From NCBI GenBank assembly GCA_024679065.1, contig JAGIQG010000007.1, positions 76,942,001-77,006,000 of the forward strand: DNA of 64,000 bases. The letters run 5' to 3'. Of the stretch, positions 24,736 to 36,099 are shown piece after piece. Below the pieces are notes generated by a model. It saw nothing but the letters and a program-made list of their open reading frames with translations. It had not been told where the DNA came from and ran no database searches. The stretch's first letter is position 1; each line of letters opens with the position of its first letter. Source of the DNA: Sphyrna mokarran (taxonomy: Eukaryota). Both the position numbers and the translations under genes were made by a program.

Positions 24736-25884
24736 AGGTAAAACTCCAGCATGTTCTCTTTATGAACAGTCAAAGTCACAGCATTTACACATATTCCTAA
24801 CAAATAGGATTGATGTGGCAGGCAGAGAACTTAAAAACTAAGATCGCACATTAGCCTGTGAAACCAACTACAGGGCAATTGATTGCATAAACTAAGACAT
24901 TATTTTATTTTGAAAAAAAATGTTCTCGTTATTGTGGGGCATCCCTCCAACCACAAACTACATCTGTGGCTTCAATTCCCCCCTGTCTTGGACATGAGAA
25001 GTACCCTGTCTAAAACAAAATGCCAGGGACTAAGCCACCAAAGTGGAAGGCTCATAGATTGCTGCTTAATTAGATTCCATTTAAAAAAAAATTAGAAGGT
25101 TTTTTTGCAGATGATAATGACATAGTTGAATAGGACTTTCAGAAATCCATCTCGTCATCTGTATTATCTGTAATATCCTCAATGATGTTGAGGAGATTTA
25201 ACAGACAAGGTTTTCCTTGTCCAAATAAATGTTGGCTGTTATTTTATATGGTCATAGAAATATTTTTATTGTATTAATTAATCTGCCTGACTATACAAAT
25301 TGCAAAAATCTTGGCTATATCAGAGCATAGTAAAGCTAGCTCCAGACTCTTTCAGCTTTTGTCAGCGTCTTATGCCATCATTAAGAAAGTCCTGATCAGA
25401 TTACTTCTATTTGTCTATCACTCATCTATATCAGTGCCTGCTGGAGCAACACAAATGTACAAGTTGAGTTTTTCATTCTGTTGCAGCAACATTTTCAAAA
25501 ACTGGAACTGATTGTATATGGTTCTTATGGATGTACTTTTTAACAAGGAAGAATCTAGTGCCTTCCCCTATGGCGAATATGATGAATAGGGTGGCATTAA
25601 TCAAGCTAGAGGGTGACATGGCGGTTGGGAAGAATACCACTTTGCTATTTCCACCCTGATTGAAACCCTTGGCTTGAAAGCCCCTGGACATCCTTTCCAC
25701 TCCATCACTAATTGAGCCCCTTAAGTGGGGCAGCTAATGCCCAATCAAGGGCCTCACCCCACCATCATTGATAGAGGTGGTAGGGTCATGACGGGACATG
25801 GCATGGTGACACTGTACCATTACACGTGTTTCTGGGCTCTCCTCGATCTGACACCTCAAGTGGGTGCAGAATCAGCAGCAATCG

Positions 25885-26092
25885 GCATGGGTTTCCTCCA
25901 GGTGTTCCAGATTCCTTCCACACTCTAAAGATGTGAAGTTTAGGTGGAATGGCCGTGCTAAATTGCCCCTTAGTGTCAGAAAGCTCACAGGGTAAATATG
26001 TGGGTTTATAGGGATAGGCCTGGGTGGGATTGCTGTCGGTGTTGGTTCGATGGGCCAAATGGCCTCCTTCTGCATTGTAGGAATTCTGTAGT
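25885..26092 (+). mobile_element. V-SINE 3' half, tail A
   Basis: GGGTTTCCTCCAGGTGTTCC...GCTAAATTGCCCCTTAGTGTC...GGGCCAAATGGCCTCCTTCTGCATTGTAGG. Confidence 0.85.
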
Positions 26093-26711
26093 GGTTTTGT
26101 CAAATCTCCAGCTGGTGACCCAGACCAATGAGTTTGTCCAACATCTTTTTAACCAGCGTTAAATTATAAAGTCTGTTATAACGGAAGGAAAAGTAGTATT
26201 TAATTTAAAACTATCACACATCAAGCGTTGCCTGAATCTGAAATATTTGATATTTGGCATATTGTGCTCTGTGCTGCTAAAGTTTCCTCGACATTGACCC
26301 TCTCATAACCCTATAATCTGGGTGCAAACAAATTGCATTGTTTAAAACACCATGGAATTTGTAGTATAAGTGAGCTCATGCATGAAAGTCATCCTTTCAA
26401 CATTTTACATCTGCCCATCTCTCTCCTAAATTGTGTCCTCCCACTGATCTGGCCCAACCGTTATCATGAAAAGATGAGAAGACTGTTTAAACTGAAGTGT
26501 AGCTCTAATTTAAAGGGAGCTATTCTCTCCAGGAAATAGTCAGGTGCATTACAGAACCACTAAATGACACCATGTTGGATAACACTGAAGGGCTAGTTTG
26601 AAAGAAGTGGACAAGTGCTTTTCAATGTCATATCTGTTTTATTTAAAAAAAAGAAAAGTGTTTAACATTTATTTGTTACAATTGAAACTGATGCAATGTG
26701 CTGCTTGCTCA

Positions 26712-27000
26712 AGTCTCAGCCTTTGCTCAATGGTAACACATTGGCCTCTTAGTTAGAAGGTCGTGAGTTCAAGTTCCACTCCAGAGAGATGAGCATATAA
26801 TCCCAGCTGACTCTTCAGTGCCGCACTGCTGAAATTCCTGTCTTTTGGATGACACGTTTAATTGAGGCCCCATCTGTCCTCTCTGGTAAATATATAAGAT
26901 CACATTGATCTATTTGCTGAAGAACAGAGAGGTTTTGTTGATGTCTTGAGCAATTAACATTTATCCCTCAACCAACATCATTAAAAAGAAATACTGGCCA
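26712..27000 (+). mobile_element. Deu-domain SINE (SacSINE1-like), 5' part; 3' part at 30370-30505
   Basis: tRNA head GCTCAATGGTAACAC...GAGTTCAAGTTCCACTCCAGAGA and Deu-like core CCTGTCTTTTGGATGACACGTTTAATTGAGGCCCCATCTG...ATTTATCCCTCAACCAACATCA. Confidence 0.7.
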
Positions 27001-28480
27001 CAGAATTCCGTTTGGGTTGCAAGATGGCAGCCAGATCTCGTGCACAGATCTCGTGTGGGCAATGCTCAGTAGCTTTTTGTTGAGGGTGTCAGCACAAGCA
27101 CAGGGGGCATGACCTGGGGTATATAGAGCAGGCAGATCATGACATCAGTCAGCGGGTAATGCTGATTTGACTGTTGCAGAGTCATTTTCAATTTCAACAC
27201 TCCAGCTAACATCCTCTTTTAACCTTTCACAGCTGAACATGCGTTTAGCGTCAGGAACAGTTCCCCCCACCACTCCTCCAGCACTATTTAAAGGGATCAT
27301 CAGCTTCTTGCAGATTAGTTGCTGATTGATTTCTACAGGCTGCTGCTGAGTTAGTGGAAGTGTTTGATGGTTTGCACTGTAATTTGAAGTTAGTGAAGTC
27401 TGCCGGGCATGGAAGTTACACGTGGTGAAGGCTTTGGTTCTTATTTCAAGGGTTTCTTGCCAAAATCGTGCCTGGGTGGTGTCTTTCCCATCCCCCTTGG
27501 CCTTCAGTATGACAGGGCAGTGAGCAAAGGCAACAAAGAGAGCAAGTTGCTTGAAAAGGAAGTAGAAGAAAGGGGAAGAAGAGCTCTCAGTAGGAGGCTA
27601 AATCCCAGCCACAGGATGGAATTTAATGCCTGCCCCTGTGATGAGTTTTATGGCAGGGGAACATTTAAACAGATGAGTAGGTGGCATTTGGGTCTGTGTC
27701 ACCTTCCTTCCTCCGCACTGATTAAATCTGTGGAAGAACAGCCCATTAACTGCCTTCCCACCCTGCTGCCAGTTGAGGCCCTTAAGGAGGCAATTAGTGC
27801 CAGTCAAGAGTCTCTTCCCATCACTATCACTAATATTCAGTGGCAGGTGAGGGACTTGCCATGAGGCATGCAGGACATGCAAACACTAACACGTTTTCTT
27901 GTGGGCATCCAGGGTGGGGGAAGAGTCTATTGTTCAAAGGCACTCTGGGCATGATTGAGTACCTCAGCACTGGGAAGGGGGCAACCCACTGAGAGCCACC
28001 CCCTACTCTTTCTGCTGACCCCACCCCTGTGAGCCTCCTCTCCCTCCACTCAATTGTGGCCTGGAATCCAACACTAATTCTAAGCCTCAGGTGGATGTTA
28101 TGCCTCCCTGGTGACACACTCCTGTTCAGTAGAGCTGCTAGCCTCTGATTGGCTGTTCTCAGTCTCTCGGGTCCTCGATTCCACTCAAGGCTGATAAATA
28201 CCCGAGTGTCATTTAATTTGACAAGTATTCTCGAAAAGAAGCAGGGGCTGCCATCAACTGGAGAGCCAGTGGGCGAGACTCACATCACCTGCAGCCCATG
28301 GTCTTCAAGAAGCAATTTACCTATTAATCTCCATGAGGAACAGAATAAGCAAAATCTTGTTTTGAGAAATAGGCGCTGGCTGACTGATATGAGTAACCTG
28401 TTGTTGGCAGTACTGCACCCTCAGAGCAGCATGAGGATAGCCCTGCAGTGGCTGTACAGGTTTTCAATGTCCTCAAATCG

Positions 28481-28748
28481 AATGGTTAGCACTGCTGCCT
28501 CACAGCACCAAAGACCTGGGTTCGATTCCCAGCTTGGATCACTGTTTGTGCAGAGTCTGCACATTCTCCCATTTCTGTTTGGGTTTCCTCCTACAGTCTG
28601 AAAGATGTGCTGGTTAGGTGCACTGGCCATGCTAAATTCTCCCTCAGTGTATCCAACAGGTGCCTGAGTGTGGCGACTCGGGGATTTTCACAGTAACTTC
28701 ATTGCAGTGTTAATGTATGCCTACTTGTGATGCTAATAAATAAACTTT
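28481..28748 (+). mobile_element. V-SINE, tail type B
   Basis: TGGTTAGCACTGCTGCCTCACAGC..GGGTTCGATTCCC head; tail GGGATTTTCACAGTAACTTCATTGCAGTGTTAATG...AATAAATAAAC. Confidence 0.88.
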
Positions 28749-29267
28749 AAAACATGAGGAGGCAAACAATGCAAACAACATCTCCAAGTTTTGACAGTCT
28801 GCAATGCACTGCTGTGTAGAGGAAGCCACTGTCGCATGTATACCCGAAAAAGAATACATTGTGTTCTTTATTTCCAGCAAAAAGCAAACAGAGTGTGCAC
28901 GTGCAGGTTGCCATTGACTGCACACATGTTGCTTTGCAGATGCTGTATCTAAATGCGAAATTATAATGCAGTCTCAAAAGATTTGACTCCCTGAATGTAC
29001 AGTGGATATGTGACTATGCTCAGCACAGCATGCCACTGAATATCCAATATCCTGACAGCAATTGTGAGGCTTTCATTCTGTGCCAGTCCACTGACTACTG
29101 AGTGGCAAGAGCTTTCTAAGGACTATGTTTCATAACTCCACTGTGTAACCCAAGCACGCATGGACAACACATCAATAAGAAGAGCCATGCTGCCCCATGA
29201 AATGTCATTGAACAGTTCCATCGTTGGCTTAAGCAGCAATTCCATTGCCTGGGCTAGTTTGGAGAAA

Positions 29268-29501
29268 AGCAGAAAGAAATCCCACAACACCAGTTTAAAG
29301 TCCAAACAGGTTTATCTGTAGCAAAAGCTCCAAACTTTTGAGGCTGGGAGTTCTCAATTCCTAGCCATCTAACGAAGGGACACAGGCTGTCCCGAAAGCT
29401 TGGGGCTTTTGCTACAAATAAACCAGTTTGGACTTTAAACTGGTGTTGTGGGATTTCTTTCTGTTTTACCCCAGTCTAATGCCGGCATCTCCACATCATG
29501 A
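29268..29501 (+). mobile_element. Fold-back mini-element family 1, copy C, 14-bp TSD, hammerhead-like motif with a core mutation
   Basis: ~75-bp inverted arms (~29265-29340 / 29393-29467); CTAACGA-A-GGGACA(CAGGC)TGTCCC-GAAA-GCT-T at 29369-29401; tail ACCCCAGTCTAATGCCGGCATCTCCACATC; CTAGTTTGGAGAAA at 29254-29267 and 29502-29515. Confidence 0.9.
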
Positions 29502-30212
29502 CTAGTTTGGAGAAACACTGCAATACTTGTCAGAGTGCATGTCGTAACTCATTGTGGATTGCTGTGTCCTGCATAACCTTTATCATGAAGGCACACCCTT
29601 TGTACCAGGCCTACGACATGGAGATGAGGGAATCAGAAACAGAGAGGGAGAAAGCAAACATCACACCCCTTTCAGGCTAAGCTGTTCACGTCTAACACAT
29701 CTGATAGGAATACATGTGAAAACAACCCTAATTTCCCATTCAGTAACAGTTCCCACACCTGGTCTTCCTTTTCTTACCGACCATCATACAGTCCTCCTGA
29801 CCATAATATCTCCACAAAACAGACATTCCAAACCTGGAGGCGGGTGGGGGGCGGAGGTGGGCAATGTTCCTGTCAGACTTAAAGTTTTGCCTAGGTCCAA
29901 GTGCTGCCAGATGCTTCCCAGTCGAAGGGCTCCTCCAGGGTGGCTGTTTATTTTTTTTTATTTAAAATTTCAAAATATTTGCATTGGTGGTGTGAGGGTG
30001 TTTCTTATGCTAAAATGCCATCTCAATTATTTGCCATATCTGTTCAAACTGGGAAGCCTCTGCTGCACTTTTACGATGTCCAGCTTTGAGTGCCTTGGAC
30101 AGGAAACCTGCCTCCATGCCAGTTCAGTGGATTCCTTGGTGAAAATCCTGAAAAGTAGCTATCCCTCTGGGACATGTTCAGAACAATTCCTGTTCCCTGT
30201 CTCTGGAGAGAA

Positions 30213-30324
30213 ATGTGGAGGTGCCGGTGTTGGACTGGGGTAGATACGGTAAGAAATCTCACGAAGGAACAGTCGGTTCTGAAAGCTAGTGGCATTTGCT
30301 GCAAATAAACACATTGGACTTTAA
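30213..30324 (-). mobile_element. Fold-back mini-element family 1, copy D (inverted, internally deleted)
   Basis: ATGTGGAGGTGCCGGTGTTGGACTGGGGT is the reverse complement of the family tail; joined to ACGA-A-GGAAC(AGTCG)GTTCT-GAAAGCTAGTG...CAAATAAAC..TTGGACTTTAA. Confidence 0.8.
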
Positions 30325-30369
30325 TTTGAAAAGAATTCCAGCTCTTGATGTCCATTGTCCAGGTGGCCT

Positions 30370-30505
30370 GTTAGAGTTGTGTGCAAGTTGCCTCTGGTGT
30401 TACAACAATGAATGTACTGCAAAAGTACATTATGATCTGTGACATTGGCGTTTTAGGAAGTCCTAAGATCGGGAAAGAAACTATATCAATCCAAGTTCTA
30501 TTCTA
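30370..30505 (+). mobile_element. 3' part of the Deu-domain SINE
   Basis: TTACAACAATGAATGTACTGCAAAAGTAC...GTCCTAAGATCGGGAAAGAAACTATATCAATCCAAGTTCT resembles the L2-type tail of DeuSINEs. Confidence 0.55.
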
Positions 30506-30587
30506 CTGAATTATTATGAAGAATATATGGTTTCTAAAACTGCTCTTTTTGTGTTGCATCATTAAAGAACTGCTCTAAGTGGAGAGT

Positions 30588-30920
30588 GGGTGGCACGGTA
30601 GCAAAGTGGTTAGCACTGCTGCTTCACAGCTCCAGGGTCCTGGGTTCGATTCCTGACTCAGATCACTGTTTGTGTGGAGTTTGCACATTCTCCTCATGTC
30701 TGTGTGGATTTCCTCCAGGTACTCCGGTTTCTTCCCACAGTCCAAAGATTGCGGGTTAAGTTGATTGGCCATGCTGAGCAATTGCCCCTTAGTGTTCAGG
30801 GATGTGTAGGTTAGAGGAATTAGTGGATATGGGGGTAGGACCTGGATGGGATTGTGTTCGGTGCAGACTCGATGGGCTGAAGGAACTCTTTCTGCACTGT
30901 AGAGTTCTATGAATCTATGA
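30588..30920 (+). mobile_element. Full-length V-SINE (HE1-like), CR1-type tail A
   Basis: GGCACGGTAGCAAAGTGGTTAGCACTGCTGC (A box), GGGTTCGATTCC (B box), V core, tail TCTGCACTGTAGAGTTCTATGAATCTATGA. Confidence 0.92.
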
Positions 30921-31774
30921 TACCCTCTGAGAAAAAGAAAGTGTTTAGTGTTGTTCCGGTCTACTTGTGGACAATACTGGTTTCAAAAATAATGGCATAT
31001 TAAGTTAGCAATTGACTTGAAAACTTACTCTGTAATAGGCATCATTGCCAACAATGTTAATGTTGATTTTAGTGGTTCACTGCCTCTCTGCTACACTAAA
31101 GCTAAAGTTTAACATACTTAATGCACTATATGAGACGAACACAGCAGCAGTGGCTGTTGTAATTGTATAATCACAACAGCAATGAACATGCATTGTACTG
31201 CTGAGCTTTCACAGGGCCAACAAACTGTAAGGATAAGAGCAGGACAAGCAGGGGATCACTGGATCATATTTAGGAGAAATAAGAATTAAAAAACAAAACA
31301 ATTAAAGACAAAAAATGTTAACCAAGAGCACACTAATCCATCACAGAGGAAGAGACTATCAGAATAAATATAGGAGCCACAGTTCATTAGCTTGTCCTAA
31401 TGGCTACTTTAACTACATCTGTTCAAAGCATTCATTAACTATGTTTTAAAACAGTTTGTAAGATAAGTACAAAGATAATTTGAACACAGTAGCTACTTTC
31501 AATCTGTCTTTTTTCTTCCTTTTTCTCTTGAAGGTGCTTTTTCGGGCTGGAATTTGGTTCCATAAGTTGATCATCCTAAATCTTTTTCTCTTTTTTTCAC
31601 CTTTCCTTCCCTTGCTTCCCTTCTTGATATCTTCTGATTCCACTGGCATTATGGGCCTTCTGATAGCTCTGCATGACTGTTCTTCATCTGTAAGCTGAAA
31701 TAATGAATGATGACTAGCCGTACAACCAGGGGAGCAAACCCAAACTATCCTCACCAGACACTCTAAACGTACAC

Positions 31775-31985
31775 AGTGAGATTCTGCAGCCTTTCAGCTG
31801 TGTGTTTCCCACTGGCGAGAGGTAGTGTGTTGCTTGCAAACAGTGGGATTCTCAGACCCAGCTGCTATCAAAGGTTATTCCCACTGATGTCACCCCACGC
31901 CGGCAGGAAACCTGTGGGCAGGGGCACACTGCGGACGGGACTGGAGAATCCCACCAGCATGCATGGCTGGAGAGTTCCAGCCACA
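31775..31985. mobile_element. Short non-autonomous element (MITE-like)
   Basis: Imperfect inverted ends (GAGATTCTGCAGCC / GGCTGGAGAGTTC); the internal CAGGAAACCTGTGG is shared with the element at ~22755-23075. Confidence 0.45.
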
Positions 31986-32814
31986 CTTTCAATTGAGGTC
32001 ACTAACAATAATCAAAAGTAGAAACCCTGGCCAACGTGAATTGGAGATTCAGGTGGTTGAAACTATTACTGTAAGTTTACACAGGACAATTAGAATGTGC
32101 AGTCAGATTCATAGATCTACTCTTTAATTCAAAAAAATTGTTTTTCTTTTTCTTTAAGAATGGTATATGGCATGTTCACTGATGCACTTTGGAATAACTA
32201 TTCAAAGCATCTCAAATAGTATATTGAATGATGCCAAGTAGAGGAGAAATTTATATTATCTTTCTTAGACAAGATGATTTTCTATCCCTGTTTCAGTGGA
32301 GCTCCCTAAGAAAGTTTTCAGAAATTTCTTTATTCTGTTAAACACTGTCTATAAATGTCGCTGGAAGGTTGTTTTTGTCTTCCATGTAAATTGGGAACTT
32401 TTACGATGTCCAGCCAGAATTGCATCAGCTATAGCCATTGTGTGGCTAACATTTTTCCTCCATGATGAATTACAGACTGACATTGTTTCTGAAGGCTTTG
32501 CAATATGGTGTGATATATTGTTGAAACCCTTCACGCCAGCCAGTATTTTTCATTTTCGGGCCCAGCTGCTGTACTGCAGTGTTCAAAAAAAGCTACTGAG
32601 CTGATTGCTTTGGTTGGTTGATGCTCTTGAATAGCATAAGAGCAGAGGAAAATGGCTTTTGCCAACATTTTATAGAACTTATTCTGCAGGCAATTAAATA
32701 TTAAGCGTCAAGTGAAAATACCTAAAATTGCTAAAGCCTGGAGAACTGTGCACTGTTTTGGGCTCCATATCTAAGAAAGGATACAGTTGCATTGAAGGGA
32801 GTCTAACAAAAGGA

Positions 32815-33140
32815 TTGCACTGTGGCACAGTCATTAGCATTGGTGCCTCACAACTCCAATGACCCGGGTTCAATTTTAACTTTGGATGACTATCTTTGTG
32901 AAATTTGCACATTCTTCCTGTGTCTGCATGGGTTTCCTCCGGGTGCTCCGGTTTCCTCTCTCACTCCAAAGATGTGCAGATTAGATTAGATTGGCTGTGC
33001 TAAACTGCCCATTAGTGTCAAGGGGATTAACAGGATAAATATGTGGTGTTAATGGGGATAGAGTCCAGGAAGAATTATTGTTGGTGCAGACTTGATGGGC
33101 CAGATTGCCTCCTTCTGCACTGTAGGGATTCTGTGATTCA
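32815..33140 (+). mobile_element. Full-length V-SINE, tail A, inserted in a CR1 fragment
   Basis: Head, GGGTTTCCTCCGGGTGCTCCGGTTTCCTC core and CR1-type tail; the flanks (32740-32812, 33141-33215) read as contiguous CR1 RT. Confidence 0.9.
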
Positions 33141-33289
33141 CTACATTGGTTCCTGAGATAAGAGAATAAGTAAATGGGTCCATGCTCTCTGGCATTTAGA
33201 AGAATAAGAGATAATTGGACGAAATGGATGGGTAATTTGTACATTGAAAAATCATCATGATAGCAGGTATTGTGATGTTGACTCAGCAT

Positions 33290-34250
33290 CTGTCATAAGG
33301 AAAATGCTGGAATCTATTGCTAAGAGGATATAGCTGGCAGTCAGGAAATTTCAATGCAATCAGACATGGTTTTGTGAAAGAGAAACTGTACTTGACTAAT
33401 ATATTAGAATTCTTTGAGGAAGTAACAAGTAATATGGATAAAAATACACCATCAGTGGATGTGGTGTACTTTGATTTTCAGAAAGAGTGACAGAGTGCCA
33501 CATCAAAGGTTACTACACAACAGAAGAGCTTGTTGTGTAGATGGTAACATATTAACACAGATGGAAGATTGGTGTGCTAACTGGAAGTAGAGAGTATAAA
33601 TGGGTCACTTTCAGATCGGCAAGATATAATGAGTGGAGTTCTAGATGGATCAGTGCTCAAGGCTCGTGTTTACAATCTATATCAATGATTTGGATGAAAG
33701 GACTGGATGTATAATTGTGAAATATGCTGATGACACAAAAGTAGGAGAGTAGATTGTGAAGAGGACATAAAGAATCTGTAACAGAAAATGGAAAGGTTAA
33801 ATGAATGAGCAAACATTTTGCAGATGGAGTATAATTGGGAAAATATGAACTTCTCCGCTTAGAAGAATCAAAGATGATCTTATTGAAACATAAGAGGTCC
33901 TGAATGATCTTGACAGGGTGGGTGCTAATCGGATGTTTCCCCTTGCAGGAGAGACCAGACCTAGGACACACAGTTTATGAATAAGGGCCTCCCATTTAAG
34001 ACAGAATTCAGGAGAATTTTCTTTTCTCCTAGAGTCGTAAGTCCATGGAAATATCTTCCTAGAGAGAGGTAGAGGCAGGGTTGTTGAATATTTTTAAGGC
34101 CGAGATAGATTGCTTTTGTTGGTCACGAATCTATTGGAGGTAGATGGGAAGGTGGCATTAGGGCTACAATCTGATCAACCTTGATCTTAACGAATGGTGG
34201 AGCAGGCCTAAGGGGCTAAATGGCCTACTTTGGTTACTAATTCATATGCT
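33290..34250 (+). mobile_element. CR1 LINE RT to 3' end, decayed
   Basis: HGFVK..LTNILEFFEEVT, VDVVYFDFQK, FTIYINDLD..KYADDTKVG, then the CR1 3' UTR ending AATGGCCTACT. Confidence 0.88.
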
Positions 34251-35369
34251 CACATGTCCATGTGTTCATATGTACAAATAAAACAAGTAATCATATTTCA
34301 TGGCATGGAAGGGCATTGGAAGTCTCAGTTGCCTGCTGAAGAACTGGTGAGGGACTCCCATTGCCTTTTTTTGGGAAACACTGCAGTAATAGTTAGTTAA
34401 GTAGTTGAACTGTCACTGATGGGCCATTCACAGCATCAGAAATATGGGGAAAGGAAATTCTGCCTGTCCATTGGCCTACTGCCCAATCAGATGATGGCAG
34501 TCCTCTTGCTCAACATCATCACTGGGGAGGTGGCGGTGGTTGCTGCGGGACTTTGACTGGAGGCCCAGGGTCATGGAGTGACTCAGGCCAGAGGTAAGAC
34601 TTCTCATGAGGCTCACTCAGGAGGTGGGTGTAAGCTGGTGGTCAGCAGCAAGGGCACGGGGTTACCTCTGAATTGGGAAACCACTCTCCCTCTCCCAATA
34701 GGTCTCTTGTTCAGGCAGTGAGTACCTTTGAACAAGAGACAGCAACCCATAGGAAATGATGAGCAACTTGCACAAATTTTCCTGTCTTGCTCCCCATCTG
34801 ATATAGACTGACCTGCCACTGTGTTTTCCCAGCAGTGTGGAAAGAGATCTTCAATTGAGTATTAATTACGCAGTTAAGGACAACAATTGGCAATTGGGTA
34901 GGAAAACCATCCACTGGCATTTCCACCATGCACTTACTTGGGGTGGAATCACCACCCCATCTAATAAAATGCCCATTCTGCCTCCAAACATGTCACCAGG
35001 TAGAACGTGAAATATCACCCATATTATGGGCAATCATTAAAGTAAAAATAAACTATAAAATAAAAAGATTGCACAATTATAATCATCTCATCATAAAAAT
35101 AATTACAATATGTTGCAAATTCATGTCTCCCTAATTTACAGAATAGGAATGAAAGGTCTACTGCACTTTGCATTTTTATTAAAGTCCATAGATCACATGT
35201 TGTCAGATTAAGTTCATTGAATTCCCAATCATTTGCATACTCTGAGTTTTATTAAGTAGGGGATTAGGCAGTCTCACAGTCTGTTTTTTTTCTCTTTTTG
35301 CAATGGCTTTTTTTTCAAGAGGGAAAGGCAATGGGAGATGGGATACATAAGTTTTCTAGCAAAGCCTAC

Positions 35370-35945
35370 TCAGAGCTTTCTCCACCTTACAGCAAGGGAA
35401 CAGCAATTCACTTGTTTAGTGTTAGCATAGTTTTGGTGCACGTTATTTTGGATAAGTGTCAGTGCTTGTTTCTGAATGTTTTCGAGCTTGTTCATGTGCT
35501 CTTTGGTAAGTCCAGCATTCCAAACAAGCACAGCTGATTCAACAATGGGTCTTATGTAACTGTTAACCACAGTGAATAGGCCAGTTGAAGCAATGTTGTA
35601 TTGCTGGAGACGATGTAGCATATGGAGTCTTCCATTTCCTCCTTAAACATTTCACACACACGGTAATTCAATTTGAGATCACTTTGAACATAAATTCCTA
35701 ATAGTTTAACGTACACTTGATGTGCAATCTCGGCATTGTCTCACTTGATCAGAGATGAATCGGGGGTTGGGGGAGGCGCAGGGTGTTTGTTGCACACGAA
35801 ACACAATTCCATAGTGTTGCACTTTTGGTAGTTTAGGCTCATGTGATTCCTCATTGCCAATTCACCTGAGATGCCCAACCTTCAATATGGCACTCCAAGA
35901 GGGTCAGTACATGCAATGAATCAGGATGATGATATCAATACGTGC
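35370..35945 (-). mobile_element. Ancient L2-group (Crack/Daphne-type) LINE RT fragment
   Basis: Minus strand: NHMSLNYQKCNTMELCF, VKLLGIYVQSDLKLN, then the ORF LHRLQQY...SYIRPIVESAVLVWNAGLTKEHMNKLENIQKQALTLI. Confidence 0.7.
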
Positions 35946-36099
35946 ATTGTTTTAGATACCTAAAAATATAAACGGCTGAATATAATGAACTGAATTTGGT
36001 TCCTTGTTGAACCTAGTGTCTGGCATTATCTAACTTGAAGTACTTGATTTGTATCAAGTATGTTGTTGAGTGTTTTGAAAGATTGAGATCCTGTGTTGA

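Larger units (their letters stand above)
27000..30370 (+). mobile_element. Decayed PIF/Harbinger transposon with nested insertions
   Basis: Transposase relic: QVAIDCTHVAL (28904-28936), SLNVQWICDYAQHSMPLNIQYPDSNCEAFILCQS (from 28988), HAAP*NVIEQ..LKQQFHCL, then after the fold-back insert GETLQYLSECMS*LIVDCCVLHNL; these match HARBI1-type DDE motifs (GAIDCTHV, SLNVQ, YPGSxHD, CCxLHN). Confidence 0.8.

Noticed and set aside
29554-30243. Longest ORF (229 aa) as a novel protein or domesticated HARBI1-like gene
   Set aside because: Only the first residues (CCVLHNL) are transposase-derived; the upstream transposase has stops and insertions, and the remainder has no recognisable domain.
30258-30291. 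Functional hammerhead in copy D (and in copy C, 29369-29407)
   Set aside because: The cores read CTCACGA and CTAACGA instead of CTGANGA, losing the essential G, and D lacks the 5' strand of stem I; useful only as covariation evidence.
30588-30660. tRNA genes at SINE heads
   Set aside because: A and B boxes are present but run into V-SINE bodies; no complete cloverleaf.
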